Source: a virus
IMG/VR virus record: IMGVR_UViG_3300042402_003577
Coordinates: 32,001-96,000 of that record
Length of the DNA stretch: 64,000 nt
Reading direction: 5' to 3' (one strand)
Shown here: one piece after another, positions 1-9,868 of the stretch
Layout: each line of letters opens with the position of its first letter
Position numbering within the stretch: position 1 is the first letter of the stretch
Position numbers and translations under genes: made by a program
The notes under the pieces: generated by a model
Seen by the model: the letters and a program-made list of their open reading frames with translations, nothing else
Databases searched by the model: none
Told to the model about the DNA's origin: nothing

Positions 1-1138
1 CTATCATATAATTTTCATCCCTCATCCAAGATTTGTGATGAATAACATGCTCAGGGTTTTTATATCCTTTTGTTCTACTTAAATTTATTCTTCCTGTAAC
101 GTATTTTACAGATATATCATTAGCATAAGGCTGGTAATCAACATTTTTAATTCCTCTTACTCCTGCAATTAAAAGTTTGTTATTATAAATCAAACCATGT
201 TTTGCTGATACATAAAAAGCTCTTTTATTTAAAACTTCTGCCAAATCTACAGTTTCAGTAAAAGTAATATCTCCCCCGTAAGTAACTGTAATATTTTGTG
301 AGACAGGTTGCAGTCTTTTAAATATAAAAGAAGTAGATACACCATTAACTGTTTTTATGAACCCTACGTTCATATAAGGATATTTAGTATCTACATTTTC
401 AAATAATAGTACAATACTTTTATTTAAAATTTTAGAAGGATTACCATCAATATATTGAAATGTACCTGAAACACTATCTTCTATTAAAGGAATATTCTCA
501 TTAATAATATAATAGTTAGTAGTATTGCCATCAGTATCTTCATACTGAATAAAAGGTCTGTATACTCCTGCATCTACATTATATGCAGAGTTTTCAATAA
601 AGCTTACATCTGCTAAATTAATGCAAGTTTCAGCAGTTTTAAATAACTCTAATTCTTCTATATTTCCAGAACCAGGCCCCTCTTTAAGATACTTAGTTAC
701 ATTAATATTTCGCACTCTGTTTTTACCATCCCAAAAAATTAATACAATATCTTCACACTCTGTTTTTGTAAAAGAAACTGATTCTAAATAGATATTAAAA
801 TCTAACCCTGGGTCCGAATACAAGAGAGTGTAAGTATTTAAATTAGGATCATACAATCCTATTTCATTTGTATGTAAAAATACTACAACTTGATTGAGTT
901 GTTTAATTAGATTAGAATGTAAAACTTTCCCAGGCAACTTGAGTCTAAATGCGTTAGAATATTCTGTGGTGAGAAAATTTTCATCCCCTTCAGAAGATTC
1001 TTTCACCATATTCAAAGCTGCTCTATAGGTATCTGCAGGCTGTGCTTCTGGAGAGGCATCTACATTTATACCTTTAGTAAAGGTATAATTTTTTATATCT
1101 TGAAAACTTCTTGTTTTATTACTATTTTGCTCTGCCAT
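1..1138 (-). CDS. Tail stabilisation/muzzle protein (P22 gp10-like, crAss-type), 5' part; runs off window
   Basis: Not in ORF track. Hand translation from ATG 1138 gives MAEQNSNKTRSFQDIKNYTFTKGINVDASPEAQPADTYRAALNM, matching the F.KG.N.D....QP..TYR.ALN N-terminus of crAss stabilisation proteins. Directly follows a tail tubular gene. Confidence 0.7.
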   Translation of the reverse strand, partial: MAEQNSNKTRSFQDIKNYTFTKGINVDASPEAQPADTYRAALNMVKESSEGDENFLTTEYSNAFRLKLPGKVLHSNLIKQLNQVVVFLHTNEIGLYDPNLNTYTLLYSDPGLDFNIYLESVSFTKTECEDIVLIFWDGKNRVRNINVTKYLKEGPGSGNIEELELFKTAETCINLADVSFIENSAYNVDAGVYRPFIQYEDTDGNTTNYYIINENIPLIEDSVSGTFQYIDGNPSKILNKSIVLLFENVDTKYPYMNVGFIKTVNGVSTSFIFKRLQPVSQNITVTYGGDITFTETVDLAEVLNKRAFYVSAKHGLIYNNKLLIAGVRGIKNVDYQPYANDISVKYVTGRINLSRTKGYKNPEHVIHHKSWMRDENYMI

Positions 1139-1149
1139 AGCTTAACTTA

Positions 1150-2100
1150 TTAATATCTTGTAAAACCGTTATTTATTTTTTGTGATTTTCTCTGGTCTAA
1201 GCCATGATATTGATTAGGCACCAAAAATTGATTTGTAGCTTCACCCATAGCCCACATTTCTTCAAATGTTTGAGCATTCATGTCTTCTCTCGCTTTAATT
1301 TTCCATTTTGAATATTCTCTATCAGCTAGTTGGAAAAAGTTTAAATCAGCACCACTTCTGCTCTTTCTATATTGTATATAAGCAAACTTTCTTTCTAGTG
1401 CTGCAATTAAAGCATTTGTATAACTTCCCATATTTGGAACTAACGGAAGACCATCTTCTCCAATTGGTATTCCCAAATACCCAATTAATAAATCCGCTTC
1501 TTTAAAGTCTGTTATAATATATCCATTATCTATGGTAAAAAAATGTGAAGGGTGTAAATGAATCCCCAATTCTCTATAATTTAAAAGCGATACTTCATTT
1601 TTTTGAGGTTGTAATACTATCCATCTTCTTGGGTCCGTAGTGTACCATTGCGTAAAATCTTGTACTGTTGCAAACTTGAAACCTTTTGCTTGCTCTAGAT
1701 TATTGATAAATAAATATCCTGCAGTTTCTATATAGTTTTGTTCACAATTACAATGTTTATCTTCAGGGCATTTACAAACTCTTTTATACTCCCATGTACA
1801 GTTTTCATTACCTGGCTCTTGTCTAATGTACTCTGTCAAGAAAAAAGCTTCTTCTTGAGGTCGTATAGGTTGTGCCAATACATATAAAGACTGTCTAAAT
1901 CCGCAAGGAAGCTGTGCTTTGTAATTTCTTATTTTAAGCTTCTGTACTCGTTCTTTATATTGCTTATAAGTCCCAATATCGTTATAAGCATCTAAGATCC
2001 ACTCAGTGAGTAGATCTTCGTTAAAGTTTAATTCTGATACTGCAATTTGTTTCCAGTTTTCAATTACAGTGCTTATAGGTACTAATTCTATATTAATCAT
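1150..2100 (-). CDS. Tail tubular/ring protein (crAss-type)
   Basis: EWI.DA..IG and LP.GF N-terminal motifs, C-terminal I.YLGIP..EDG.PLVP; position between IHF-like and stabilisation genes. Confidence 0.6.
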   Translation of the reverse strand: MINIELVPISTVIENWKQIAVSELNFNEDLLTEWILDAYNDIGTYKQYKERVQKLKIRNYKAQLPCGFRQSLYVLAQPIRPQEEAFFLTEYIRQEPGNENCTWEYKRVCKCPEDKHCNCEQNYIETAGYLFINNLEQAKGFKFATVQDFTQWYTTDPRRWIVLQPQKNEVSLLNYRELGIHLHPSHFFTIDNGYIITDFKEADLLIGYLGIPIGEDGLPLVPNMGSYTNALIAALERKFAYIQYRKSRSGADLNFFQLADREYSKWKIKAREDMNAQTFEEMWAMGEATNQFLVPNQYHGLDQRKSQKINNGFTRY

Positions 2101-2476
2101 CGTTTATTATTTTTTTAGCTAATTCTCTATTTAAAAATCTATATGGTTTAAAGCTATAATACTTTGTTCTTATGCTTTTTCCCCAAGATATTTTATATCT
2201 AACTCTATTTGAATGAAAATTTGTATAGTAGATAGTTTTACCTAATTTTTTTGTCATTCCAAAATCTACTAATTTCTTATCAGATTTATAAGCAGTTAAA
2301 TAAAATATCCCCAATCCAGAAAGACTCACTCTGTTTCTATAGATGAGTCTTTGTCCAGCAACTTTAAATATTTCTTCTACAACTCTTTTATATGTTTGCT
2401 TATCCTCAAATTTGCTATCCTTTGCCGCTTGAGTTAGAGAATAAAAAGGTTTTGGTTTATTACTTACCCTTCGCAT
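2093..2476 (-). CDS. HU/IHF-like DNA-binding protein
   Basis: Basic 127 aa with VSLSGLGIFYL and FKPYR..NREL motifs; synteny with crAss IHF-like gene. Confidence 0.6.
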   Translation of the reverse strand: MRRVSNKPKPFYSLTQAAKDSKFEDKQTYKRVVEEIFKVAGQRLIYRNRVSLSGLGIFYLTAYKSDKKLVDFGMTKKLGKTIYYTNFHSNRVRYKISWGKSIRTKYYSFKPYRFLNRELAKKIINDD

Positions 2477-3131
2477 TATTTAAAGTATCGTCAGTTGTAC
2501 TATCATTTGTAACATCCTTCTTAAAGTAAGGATATACTTTCATTATCATTTCATTCATAATAGAATACATAGTTGTAACTAGTCTGCTATCTAAAGGAAA
2601 CTCTGTGTCTAATAAATCACAAACTGGGCCACATGTAGCTTTAATTACTTCGTCATCATAAAATAATCCTTCAATTTTTATCCATTTAGGACTATTTAAA
2701 TCTGGTACAAATAAATAGTTGTTTTTAATCAAATATTTAAAATCACTTTCTTCAATAAAAGAATATCTTTTAAATGAGTTAGAAGACTCCGATAGTATTC
2801 TATTGTAAGTATCTCCCCTATCATTATACACTTTGTTAATCATGTTATTGATAGTTTCAGGTATAGGGTTTTTTGATTTCAACCACTTGCATCCTGAAGG
2901 AAGCTTTTCACAACATTCGTTAGTATCTGCTAATTGAAGCTCAACACATTCTAAAGTTTGTAAAGCTAAATTATAATTAAACCTAGGGTCATTTAATCTA
3001 TCATATATTAATCTAGCTCTAGCTAATTTCATTAAATGATAGATATATTTTGTAGGAAAATCTGTGTCATCTGTAGGAAGACCATGATCTATAGGCACCC
3101 TATACCCACTTATAATTTCTCTTATTGTCAT
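2460..3131 (-). CDS. Virion structural (tail ring/connector) protein
   Basis: QTL.CVEL, YLF..., EFPLD..L motifs typical of crAss ring proteins; synteny. Confidence 0.55.
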   Translation of the reverse strand: MTIREIISGYRVPIDHGLPTDDTDFPTKYIYHLMKLARARLIYDRLNDPRFNYNLALQTLECVELQLADTNECCEKLPSGCKWLKSKNPIPETINNMINKVYNDRGDTYNRILSESSNSFKRYSFIEESDFKYLIKNNYLFVPDLNSPKWIKIEGLFYDDEVIKATCGPVCDLLDTEFPLDSRLVTTMYSIMNEMIMKVYPYFKKDVTNDSTTDDTLNNAKGK

Positions 3132-3143
3132 AATGTTTTATTT

Positions 3144-3338
3144 TTAATTATACTGTGCTTCTAGCCAATTTGTATAACTTGTTAAAAAAATTTGATAAGG
3201 CATATTTCTAAATTTGCATAAAGGGTGAGAAATAAAATACCTATAAATTTCTACTAAACTTATAGTGTTTTCTCCCATATCAACATTGACTTGGTTATTA
3301 TTTATATTTCCTCCTGTAGAATAAAAAAAAGTTCTCAT
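3144..3338 (-). CDS. Hypothetical protein
   Basis: Tightly packed in minus-strand operon. Confidence 0.5.
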   Translation of the reverse strand: MRTFFYSTGGNINNNQVNVDMGENTISLVEIYRYFISHPLCKFRNMPYQIFLTSYTNWLEAQYN

Positions 3339-3342
3339 ACTA

Positions 3343-4560
3343 CTATATAAATATGTGAGTTAACCTTGCCACTTGTCCAAACTCTTTATGGTGAATAAAT
3401 CCTTCTATCGCCTTTGGTACTCCTGTATACCCATTTCTATGATGCCAGCTATCTGAAGCACTAGGACTTCTTAAACTTTCAATTGTTACTCCTATATGGT
3501 CCTTAGAGGTCTTGTGGTGTACATGGTGAGTATAAATATATCTATGCTTGCATTCACTCCATTCTTTTGATTCGTGGGCCATTAACAAAGGCAAATCATT
3601 TTGTTTTGCTCCATCCCCATGAGTTGTACCTATTAGGTTATTATGATACTTATAATACTTTCTATGTGCAATAGAGCAATCAAAAGTAATATTATCACAG
3701 TTTCTAAACCAAGTCTTAATCACATCTGCTAAGAAAAAGCCGTTAGTATAGTCATGGTTCGATGGGTTGAATGTAAAATGAACATCTGCCACTGGTATTA
3801 GCATCATTAACACATCTACATATAGCTGCTTTGCTACCAAGAAATTAGAATACCACATACCATCAGTGTCTTGTGGAGTACCGCTTGTTGTAGTTCTCCT
3901 TGGATTATCAGTGTGCAAAATATCATTTCCTGCTACAAAAATAATTTGGTCAATATTAAACCCTGATGTTTTATCCAAAATACCTTGTACCCCTTTTAAA
4001 ACTCTTTCTACCGCAATATTTACATTATATTCATCCCCTGTTTCAAAAGCCATAGCTAATTTACCGATATGAATATCCGCAGGATCTATTATCAATAGAT
4101 GGCCCTCACTACTAGGGGTTCTTTTTATTACAGGAAAAGAAGGAGAAAAACTTTGTAAATCTTCTATTAGTTCATTATAGAATCCATCTTCTTCTTTTTT
4201 CTTGTATAAAGGATTAGTAAAGAACATTGAAGCATCTTGTGTTTTTAACCACCCATGCTTTACATCTTCTACAGGCAATCCTAGTTTTTTACTTTCTTGG
4301 TAGATAGCATTTAATTCTTTAACTGTATCCACCATCTCTGTAGGAACCCATACATTAGTCCCTTCATTTATTTTTTCTTTTACAAAGGAATTTTTTCCTG
4401 ATTGTTTCAGTAAGAAATTTAATTCTTCTGGACATAGGTTAAACCCTTCTCTGTTTAGTCTTTTAAGTAAAGTTTTTTTACTCGGTCTTCCAAATTGTAG
4501 ATAATTTTGATTGTTTTCTCTCCAATTTAAAAATTTATTTATTGTTTTTTGTGCTATCAT
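3343..4560 (-). CDS. Calcineurin-like metallophosphoesterase
   Basis: ADIHIG, GNDILH, SNHD, HGD, HHVHH metal-binding motifs; TACTTTTG promoter box at 4577-4584. Confidence 0.8.
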   Translation of the reverse strand: MIAQKTINKFLNWRENNQNYLQFGRPSKKTLLKRLNREGFNLCPEELNFLLKQSGKNSFVKEKINEGTNVWVPTEMVDTVKELNAIYQESKKLGLPVEDVKHGWLKTQDASMFFTNPLYKKKEEDGFYNELIEDLQSFSPSFPVIKRTPSSEGHLLIIDPADIHIGKLAMAFETGDEYNVNIAVERVLKGVQGILDKTSGFNIDQIIFVAGNDILHTDNPRRTTTSGTPQDTDGMWYSNFLVAKQLYVDVLMMLIPVADVHFTFNPSNHDYTNGFFLADVIKTWFRNCDNITFDCSIAHRKYYKYHNNLIGTTHGDGAKQNDLPLLMAHESKEWSECKHRYIYTHHVHHKTSKDHIGVTIESLRSPSASDSWHHRNGYTGVPKAIEGFIHHKEFGQVARLTHIFI

Positions 4561-4655
4561 TATTATAATTTTTATGCAAAAGTAATACTTTTTTTATTTA
4601 TCGCACATATTTTTTTACAAAAGTAAAAAAAAATTATGATTTTATTAGTTTTTAT

Positions 4656-4697
4656 AAAAAAAATACCCCTTGCTTAAAGGGAATCAGCAAGGGGTAT
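4656..4697 (-). terminator. Intrinsic terminator
   Basis: 12-bp stem ATACCCCTTGCT/AGCAAGGGGTAT followed by T-run on minus strand. Confidence 0.8.
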
Positions 4698-4732
4698 CCG
4701 ATAGAATTGCTCTATCTTTATATTTATCTCAC
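4656..4732 (-). ncRNA. Candidate ~75-nt small RNA
   Basis: TATCTTTG box at 4734-4741, hairpin GATAGAG-CAA-TTCTATC, then terminator; no ORF. Confidence 0.5.
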
Positions 4733-4854
4733 GCAAAGATACTACTTTTTTTTTAATTAGAAGAAAAAAAATGTATTTTTTGTGATTTTTTAACATAATT
4801 ATGGCATATTACTAGAACATAAGTTATAGTATATATATTTAGAAAATAAAAGGT

Positions 4855-5171
4855 TCTCCCGAGAAAAAATCTAGGCAATTTGAATACTTTGCAATAAACG
4901 CATCTATCTTGTTTCTATTGGTAAGTTCGTTCATAAAACTCCATATACATTTCTGTACTTAGGAATATTTACTATCGTGTATTTTATAGGAAATTGGGAA
5001 GCCCAATTCTTACGTCTTTTGATCCTATTTTTTCCTCTCCTTCCCTAAAGGTATCTAAATTGTTAATCCTCGGAGGTCCTTACTTATTTAAAACTATCTA
5101 GTGAAATCTTATGAACCAGGGTTTCCCCTCAAACGTCAGGCACCAGAAATTTGTCTCAGTGAGATAAATAT
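4855..5171 (-). ncRNA. Candidate ~310-nt structured ncRNA
   Basis: Own promoter (TATATTTG 5176-5183), paired ends, 15-bp internal helix 5102-5116/4929-4943, GAAA-capped hairpins; no ORF of 60 aa or more. Confidence 0.6.
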
Positions 5172-5210
5172 TCTGCAAATATACCTCTTTTATTTTATTT
5201 GTCAATAGTT

Positions 5211-5672
5211 TTATTTTATTTTTATTCCAAAAGCAATACCAACACCAGGCTGTATACCTTGTGGGGTAAAGGATAGAGTTGGACCAGCTATTAAAGAAAA
5301 TTTATTTCTTGCCTGCAAATATTGTATATGTTTCACTCTAACTGTATCCCTTACAAGCATTGTTTTGATTAAAGTATCTGATTTAACTATTACTTTATCA
5401 CAGTTTGTAAGGGATGTTTTTAGGGCTACTACTAAGCTGTCACAAACAGAATCTTTACCTGCAACATATCTTTCATCTATCTTATATACAATCTCTTTGG
5501 ATTTAATGTAATGATCTTTCACCACCTCTCTTTCCACTATCAATGTGTCAACTTTTCTAGACAAACTGTCTTCTAGTCTTTGTATAATAGCTTCATCTTT
5601 GGCAATAGTGTCTTTTGAAATCCACATATATACTCCTAGTAAAACAATAAGAATTATAAATAAATATTTCAT
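5211..5672 (-). CDS. Putative spanin-like lysis protein
   Basis: N-terminal TM helix, coiled coil, follows endolysin and holin. Confidence 0.5.
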   Translation of the reverse strand: MKYLFIILIVLLGVYMWISKDTIAKDEAIIQRLEDSLSRKVDTLIVEREVVKDHYIKSKEIVYKIDERYVAGKDSVCDSLVVALKTSLTNCDKVIVKSDTLIKTMLVRDTVRVKHIQYLQARNKFSLIAGPTLSFTPQGIQPGVGIAFGIKIK

Positions 5673-5932
5673 TATTCTGCTTCGTTTTCTTCGTTTTTAT
5701 TAGATTTTATAATGCTTGTAATTTTTTCTGTAGCGGCAATACCAAATGAACCTAACACTAGTACTTCAAAAGCATTGAATATAAATTCATTTACAACAAG
5801 CTCTTTTCCTAAATATCCTGTAACAATATCTACAATTGCGAATAAAGACATCATAATAAATGCCAGGAATCCAATAACAGATTTCTCATTAATTGAATTA
5901 TCATCGCTAAACATTTCTCTAAAAAATTTCAT
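5672..5932 (-). CDS. Putative holin (2 TM)
   Basis: Two hydrophobic helices, charged C-terminal tail, next to endolysin. Confidence 0.55.
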   Translation of the reverse strand: MKFFREMFSDDNSINEKSVIGFLAFIMMSLFAIVDIVTGYLGKELVVNEFIFNAFEVLVLGSFGIAATEKITSIIKSNKNEENEAE

Positions 5933-5964
5933 AGTTTTATTTTTTAAGTTTTTGTAGTTTTAAT

Positions 5965-6432
5965 TTATTTATAAGGAACATAACTTGTTTTACCGTTAAC
6001 TTTTACGGCTTTAAGTATTTGGTTTCTTTGTTTACCAGTTGATTCATAAGAAACATGAACCCAATCAGGATTTTTATCTGTACCAAATTCCCAAATCATT
6101 TGGTCAAAATTCAAGTTATCTTTAATGTAATGGAATACTTGAGCATTAGTAACTCCACTTGAGCTACCATCCATATCAATATCAATTGCTTCACCTTGAC
6201 AATGTTGTGAGGTTAAACTACCGCCAATAGCTTGGTTTAGAGCTTTGCTTCTATATCCACTAGATATAAAAATAGGAACATTAAAATGCTCTCTAATAGG
6301 CTCGAATATTTTTTCAGCCAATAATTTAAAGTTTTCAATATGCTCAGGAGTAGGCATGTTGCTAACTCCTTTTCTTTTTGCAGTTTCTGATCTTGTAACT
6401 TCCGCTAGATCTAAATGTTTTGATAATTTCAT
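5965..6432 (-). CDS. Endolysin, peptidase M15 family
   Basis: ISSGYRS, SQHCQGEAID, WVHVS zinc-peptidase motifs. Confidence 0.9.
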   Translation of the reverse strand: MKLSKHLDLAEVTRSETAKRKGVSNMPTPEHIENFKLLAEKIFEPIREHFNVPIFISSGYRSKALNQAIGGSLTSQHCQGEAIDIDMDGSSSGVTNAQVFHYIKDNLNFDQMIWEFGTDKNPDWVHVSYESTGKQRNQILKAVKVNGKTSYVPYK

Positions 6433-6452
6433 GGTTTTATATTTTAAGGGTT

Positions 6453-7361
6453 TTAATTTATTTGATTAATTGTTAATATTGCTGAATAAGAACTAGGTGT
6501 AGGGTTAACTGCTTCGTAAGATTTCATACTTATAGTTTCAGAATTTGTTGTGGCCCATACAAGTTGAAAATAATCATTTGCAATAGCTTCTACAAAATAG
6601 TTAAATGATACTGTATTACGACCATTTATCTCATCATATCTAATTGGTATTGTTATATAACGAGCAGTTCCTGCTATATCAGCAATAGAATCTTCTCCAT
6701 TTTTTCTTAACCAAATAGACACATCGTTAAATTGTGTACTTATATTTTCAAATTGACAACTAAACTGTATATTATATTTTCCAGAATTTAAAAACCTAAT
6801 AAGAGTTTTATTTCCTAATAAATCAAGTTCTATATTAATCCCCTGTTCTGAAATATCTGCCGTATTAAATTTAATTCCATATCCTTCAGTATTAGTAGCC
6901 GCAAATTGACTTTCTTCATTTTTCCAAGAACCATAAGACTTTGAAATTGCACCTGTAATATAATTATACACCGCACTTGTGCTTGGATAGCTTACATCAC
7001 TTATTTCTTCGGGAATTATTACAGTAACTTTATTTGCTACATTCTCTGGTGTATATCCTAGTGCGTAAGTAACATCCCCACTTTCTAGATATACATCTCC
7101 CTGTCTTTCATTAAAAGAATTTACTCCAACTTCTGGGACTTTATTAATCCAAGTTTGAGTAACACTGTCATAAGACATTACATCTCCTTCTTCTAAATTA
7201 TCAAAAGAAATTCCTTCTACATCATTTAAATTAGGAGTGGATAAATTATAAAATCTATTATTTTGAAAATCCCATCCATAAAATTTACCTTCTGGGTTTA
7301 GATAATAAATAGTATCATTAAACCCTTGATTAGGTAAAAAATTTAAATAAGTAATTGTCAT
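6453..7361 (-). CDS. Tail fibre-related protein
   Basis: VNSFNERQGDV...ALGYTP fibre motif; C-terminal beta domain (YNIQFS, IWLRKNG). Confidence 0.5.
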   Translation of the reverse strand: MTITYLNFLPNQGFNDTIYYLNPEGKFYGWDFQNNRFYNLSTPNLNDVEGISFDNLEEGDVMSYDSVTQTWINKVPEVGVNSFNERQGDVYLESGDVTYALGYTPENVANKVTVIIPEEISDVSYPSTSAVYNYITGAISKSYGSWKNEESQFAATNTEGYGIKFNTADISEQGINIELDLLGNKTLIRFLNSGKYNIQFSCQFENISTQFNDVSIWLRKNGEDSIADIAGTARYITIPIRYDEINGRNTVSFNYFVEAIANDYFQLVWATTNSETISMKSYEAVNPTPSSYSAILTINQIN

Positions 7362-7364
7362 TAA

Positions 7365-7796
7365 TTATTTATTTTTTGTAGTTTTCTTTATTTCTTGAGT
7401 TCTTATTAAAACTTCTTTTAAGTTTGTCCAAATGGAGAAACCAAAGATAGCTTTTATATTTTCATCAATACTTTTTGCCTCAACAAAGCACAAAGACAAT
7501 GTTATGAATTTAGTTAGTAAATAATCATTCTGATAGTGTGCCTTAGTGAACTCATTTATCAAATTGTAATCTATTGTAAAGAATGTTATTACTGTTAATT
7601 GATATAGTAAAAACTTGCTTATAATAACACTTGCTTTTCTAGACGTGACAGACTCCCATCCTTCTTGTTTAATTGCTTTTGTAATGCCCAATATAGTATC
7701 TAGAGCAATCATAGCTCCTACAGCTAATAATAAACCCGCTATCGGAGAAAAAAACGTAATTATGGACATTATGAATGCATTAAAATACTTTCCCAT
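7365..7796 (-). CDS. Holin (phage holin family 4-like)
   Basis: DTILGI.KA, ITS.K, E.KSI.EN motifs; three hydrophobic segments. Confidence 0.7.
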   Translation of the reverse strand: MGKYFNAFIMSIITFFSPIAGLLLAVGAMIALDTILGITKAIKQEGWESVTSRKASVIISKFLLYQLTVITFFTIDYNLINEFTKAHYQNDYLLTKFITLSLCFVEAKSIDENIKAIFGFSIWTNLKEVLIRTQEIKKTTKNK

Positions 7797-7909
7797 TATT
7801 TCTTAGTTATAAGATTAAATACTTTTAACGCTGCAGCATCATTATCCTTTAAATAAGCATACTTTGCTTTTAAGAACTCTAACAAACTTTCTTCTGTAAA
7901 TTTACTCAT
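7796..7909 (-). CDS. Small hypothetical protein (37 aa)
   Basis: MSKFTEESLLEFLKAKYAYLKDNDAAALKVFNLITKK; stop overlaps holin start (TAATG). Confidence 0.55.
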   Translation of the reverse strand: MSKFTEESLLEFLKAKYAYLKDNDAAALKVFNLITKK

Positions 7910-7911
7910 AA

Positions 7912-8364
7912 TTAATTATATTTTCTTATATCTAAAATTGTAGGTATAGTGCTCCCAATAACATCGTCTGAAGGAATTCCGTTCTTATATGAAGTAATTA
8001 GAATTGAATTAATAAAAATAGGGGCTACTTGGACTAAAAAAGTATCAGCTCCATTAGTAAAAGTGCCTCCTAATATTGTAGCATAATCTGAGGGGCTATT
8101 AAAAATAGGTTTGTCAAATACCACTGCATATTCTCCAGGATTTATATAACTATATGTTGCTGTTACTTGTAAACCATTACTAAACAAAACTTCTACTGTA
8201 GGTTCAATTGCTGCCCCAAATTGTTTTAATGAAACTGTGTAAGAAGTAAAATTGTCTAATCCACAACATTTATATATTAAGTTATACAGTCTTGTACCAG
8301 CAGTTCTCCCAAATAAAATAAAGAGGTCTTTTTTGCTTAATAATTTTTTTTCTAAAAATGCCAT
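7912..8364 (-). CDS. Hypothetical virion protein
   Basis: Shares N-terminal LFG..AG..LYNL.Y.C motif with 8384-9331. Confidence 0.5.
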   Translation of the reverse strand: MAFLEKKLLSKKDLFILFGRTAGTRLYNLIYKCCGLDNFTSYTVSLKQFGAAIEPTVEVLFSNGLQVTATYSYINPGEYAVVFDKPIFNSPSDYATILGGTFTNGADTFLVQVAPIFINSILITSYKNGIPSDDVIGSTIPTILDIRKYN

Positions 8365-8383
8365 TATCTATTTATTTATCAGT

Positions 8384-9331
8384 CTAATATGTTTTGTTTA
8401 GTATAAAAATATCACTATAAATATTATTACCTGCATTATTGGAACCCCATTGAACAGTTACATCTAATGTATTGTTTATTGTAGTGTTAAATGTAGTATT
8501 GTTAATTACATTAAATGCAAACCCTTGTGTAGTAGCATTATTTGTTTTAGTATAATGAAAACCACCTAACGAAACTATTGAAGCCACTCCTACACCTCCT
8601 ACTTGTCTAATTGTAAAATCTATGTTTAAACTCCAGACATCATTTATAATTGAATTTGTCAAAGCCTGTACACCACTATCTAATAGTATAGTTCCATTTG
8701 TCTTTACCTTTATTCTTATAGTTTGGTTATTAGCAGCATTCATAACTCCACCAAATACTGCTCTAAAACTATCGCCAACTTGAAATCCATTTGCAGGTAC
8801 ACTTAAAGTTCCAACGCCACCGTTAATTAAAGAACTTTCTACTGTTGTTCCTGAAATTATTGTACTATTACCAGTTTGTGCAAATAATCCTGGCATACCT
8901 ACAGGTCCTGGAACACCTTGTATTCCCTGAATACCTTGAGGTCCTTGAGGACCAACAAATGAATATGTATTCCAATAAACCCCTAAAGTAGAAGGAGGAA
9001 TTAATGCATCATTGTTAGCTATACAAATATAATAATTACCAAGATAGTTTACAATATCTCCTATTAAATATTGATTTGTACCTATTCTTGTTGGGTCCCA
9101 TTCAAATCCTGAAAGTCCTTGTGGGCCTTGTGGACCCTGTGGTCCTTGAGGACCTGAAGCTGGTACCCAGTCTCCTTGTTGATTTAAATATAGAGCTATG
9201 TTTCCTAAAGAACTTATACCTAAGCAATCTTTAATCATGCAACAAAAATTAGCACAACTACTATATAGTAAGTTATATAATTTTCTTCCTGCTTTATATC
9301 CAAAAAGTTTTATAATTGCTTCTCTTGTCAT
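8384..9331 (-). CDS. Collagen-repeat fibre protein with CBM5/12-like module
   Basis: (GPQ)n repeats flanking W......Y..GDIV.Y.G..Y.C. Confidence 0.7.
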   Translation of the reverse strand: MTREAIIKLFGYKAGRKLYNLLYSSCANFCCMIKDCLGISSLGNIALYLNQQGDWVPASGPQGPQGPQGPQGLSGFEWDPTRIGTNQYLIGDIVNYLGNYYICIANNDALIPPSTLGVYWNTYSFVGPQGPQGIQGIQGVPGPVGMPGLFAQTGNSTIISGTTVESSLINGGVGTLSVPANGFQVGDSFRAVFGGVMNAANNQTIRIKVKTNGTILLDSGVQALTNSIINDVWSLNIDFTIRQVGGVGVASIVSLGGFHYTKTNNATTQGFAFNVINNTTFNTTINNTLDVTVQWGSNNAGNNIYSDIFILNKTY

Positions 9332-9340
9332 TTTTATTTA

Positions 9341-9868
9341 TTATACTGATAATACAAATAAATCACTACTTGGAGTTGCTGCCCCTACATAAAATTCTGG
9401 CATTTCAATTTCTCCAAAAAATACACCTTGTAAAGTTGCTTCTGCATACATTTCTGCAAATGTTCTATTATTTGTAGTAATAGTTGAAGGAGTTCCTCCT
9501 CCAGGAATAACAATTGTATTACCTTCAAGATCTGTTATTGTAGTGTCTGGAAAAGTAATTCCAGGAAAAGCTGTAACATTTAACCATAAATTAGTATTTA
9601 CAGACTCTAGGACTCCAAATTTATATACTTCTTCTGTAAGAATCATATCGGTAGGATTACCACTCCAAGAAGCAGGAAAATTCCATTTAATTCTAGCTTT
9701 TTGTACCCAATCTAAAAATTTATATCTATTATTAGGTTTAACTTGAAAAGCATCTAAAATTACAGTTTGATCTTTATCAGTAATTAATAAAGTTTTATTT
9801 TCTTCTGATAGAAAATCTATAAAATAATCAGTGGCTAATTTTATATATTTTACTCTAAATTCATTCAT
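9341..9868 (-). CDS. Hypothetical protein
   Basis: ORF within structural operon. Confidence 0.55.
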   Translation of the reverse strand: MNEFRVKYIKLATDYFIDFLSEENKTLLITDKDQTVILDAFQVKPNNRYKFLDWVQKARIKWNFPASWSGNPTDMILTEEVYKFGVLESVNTNLWLNVTAFPGITFPDTTITDLEGNTIVIPGGGTPSTITTNNRTFAEMYAEATLQGVFFGEIEMPEFYVGAATPSSDLFVLSV

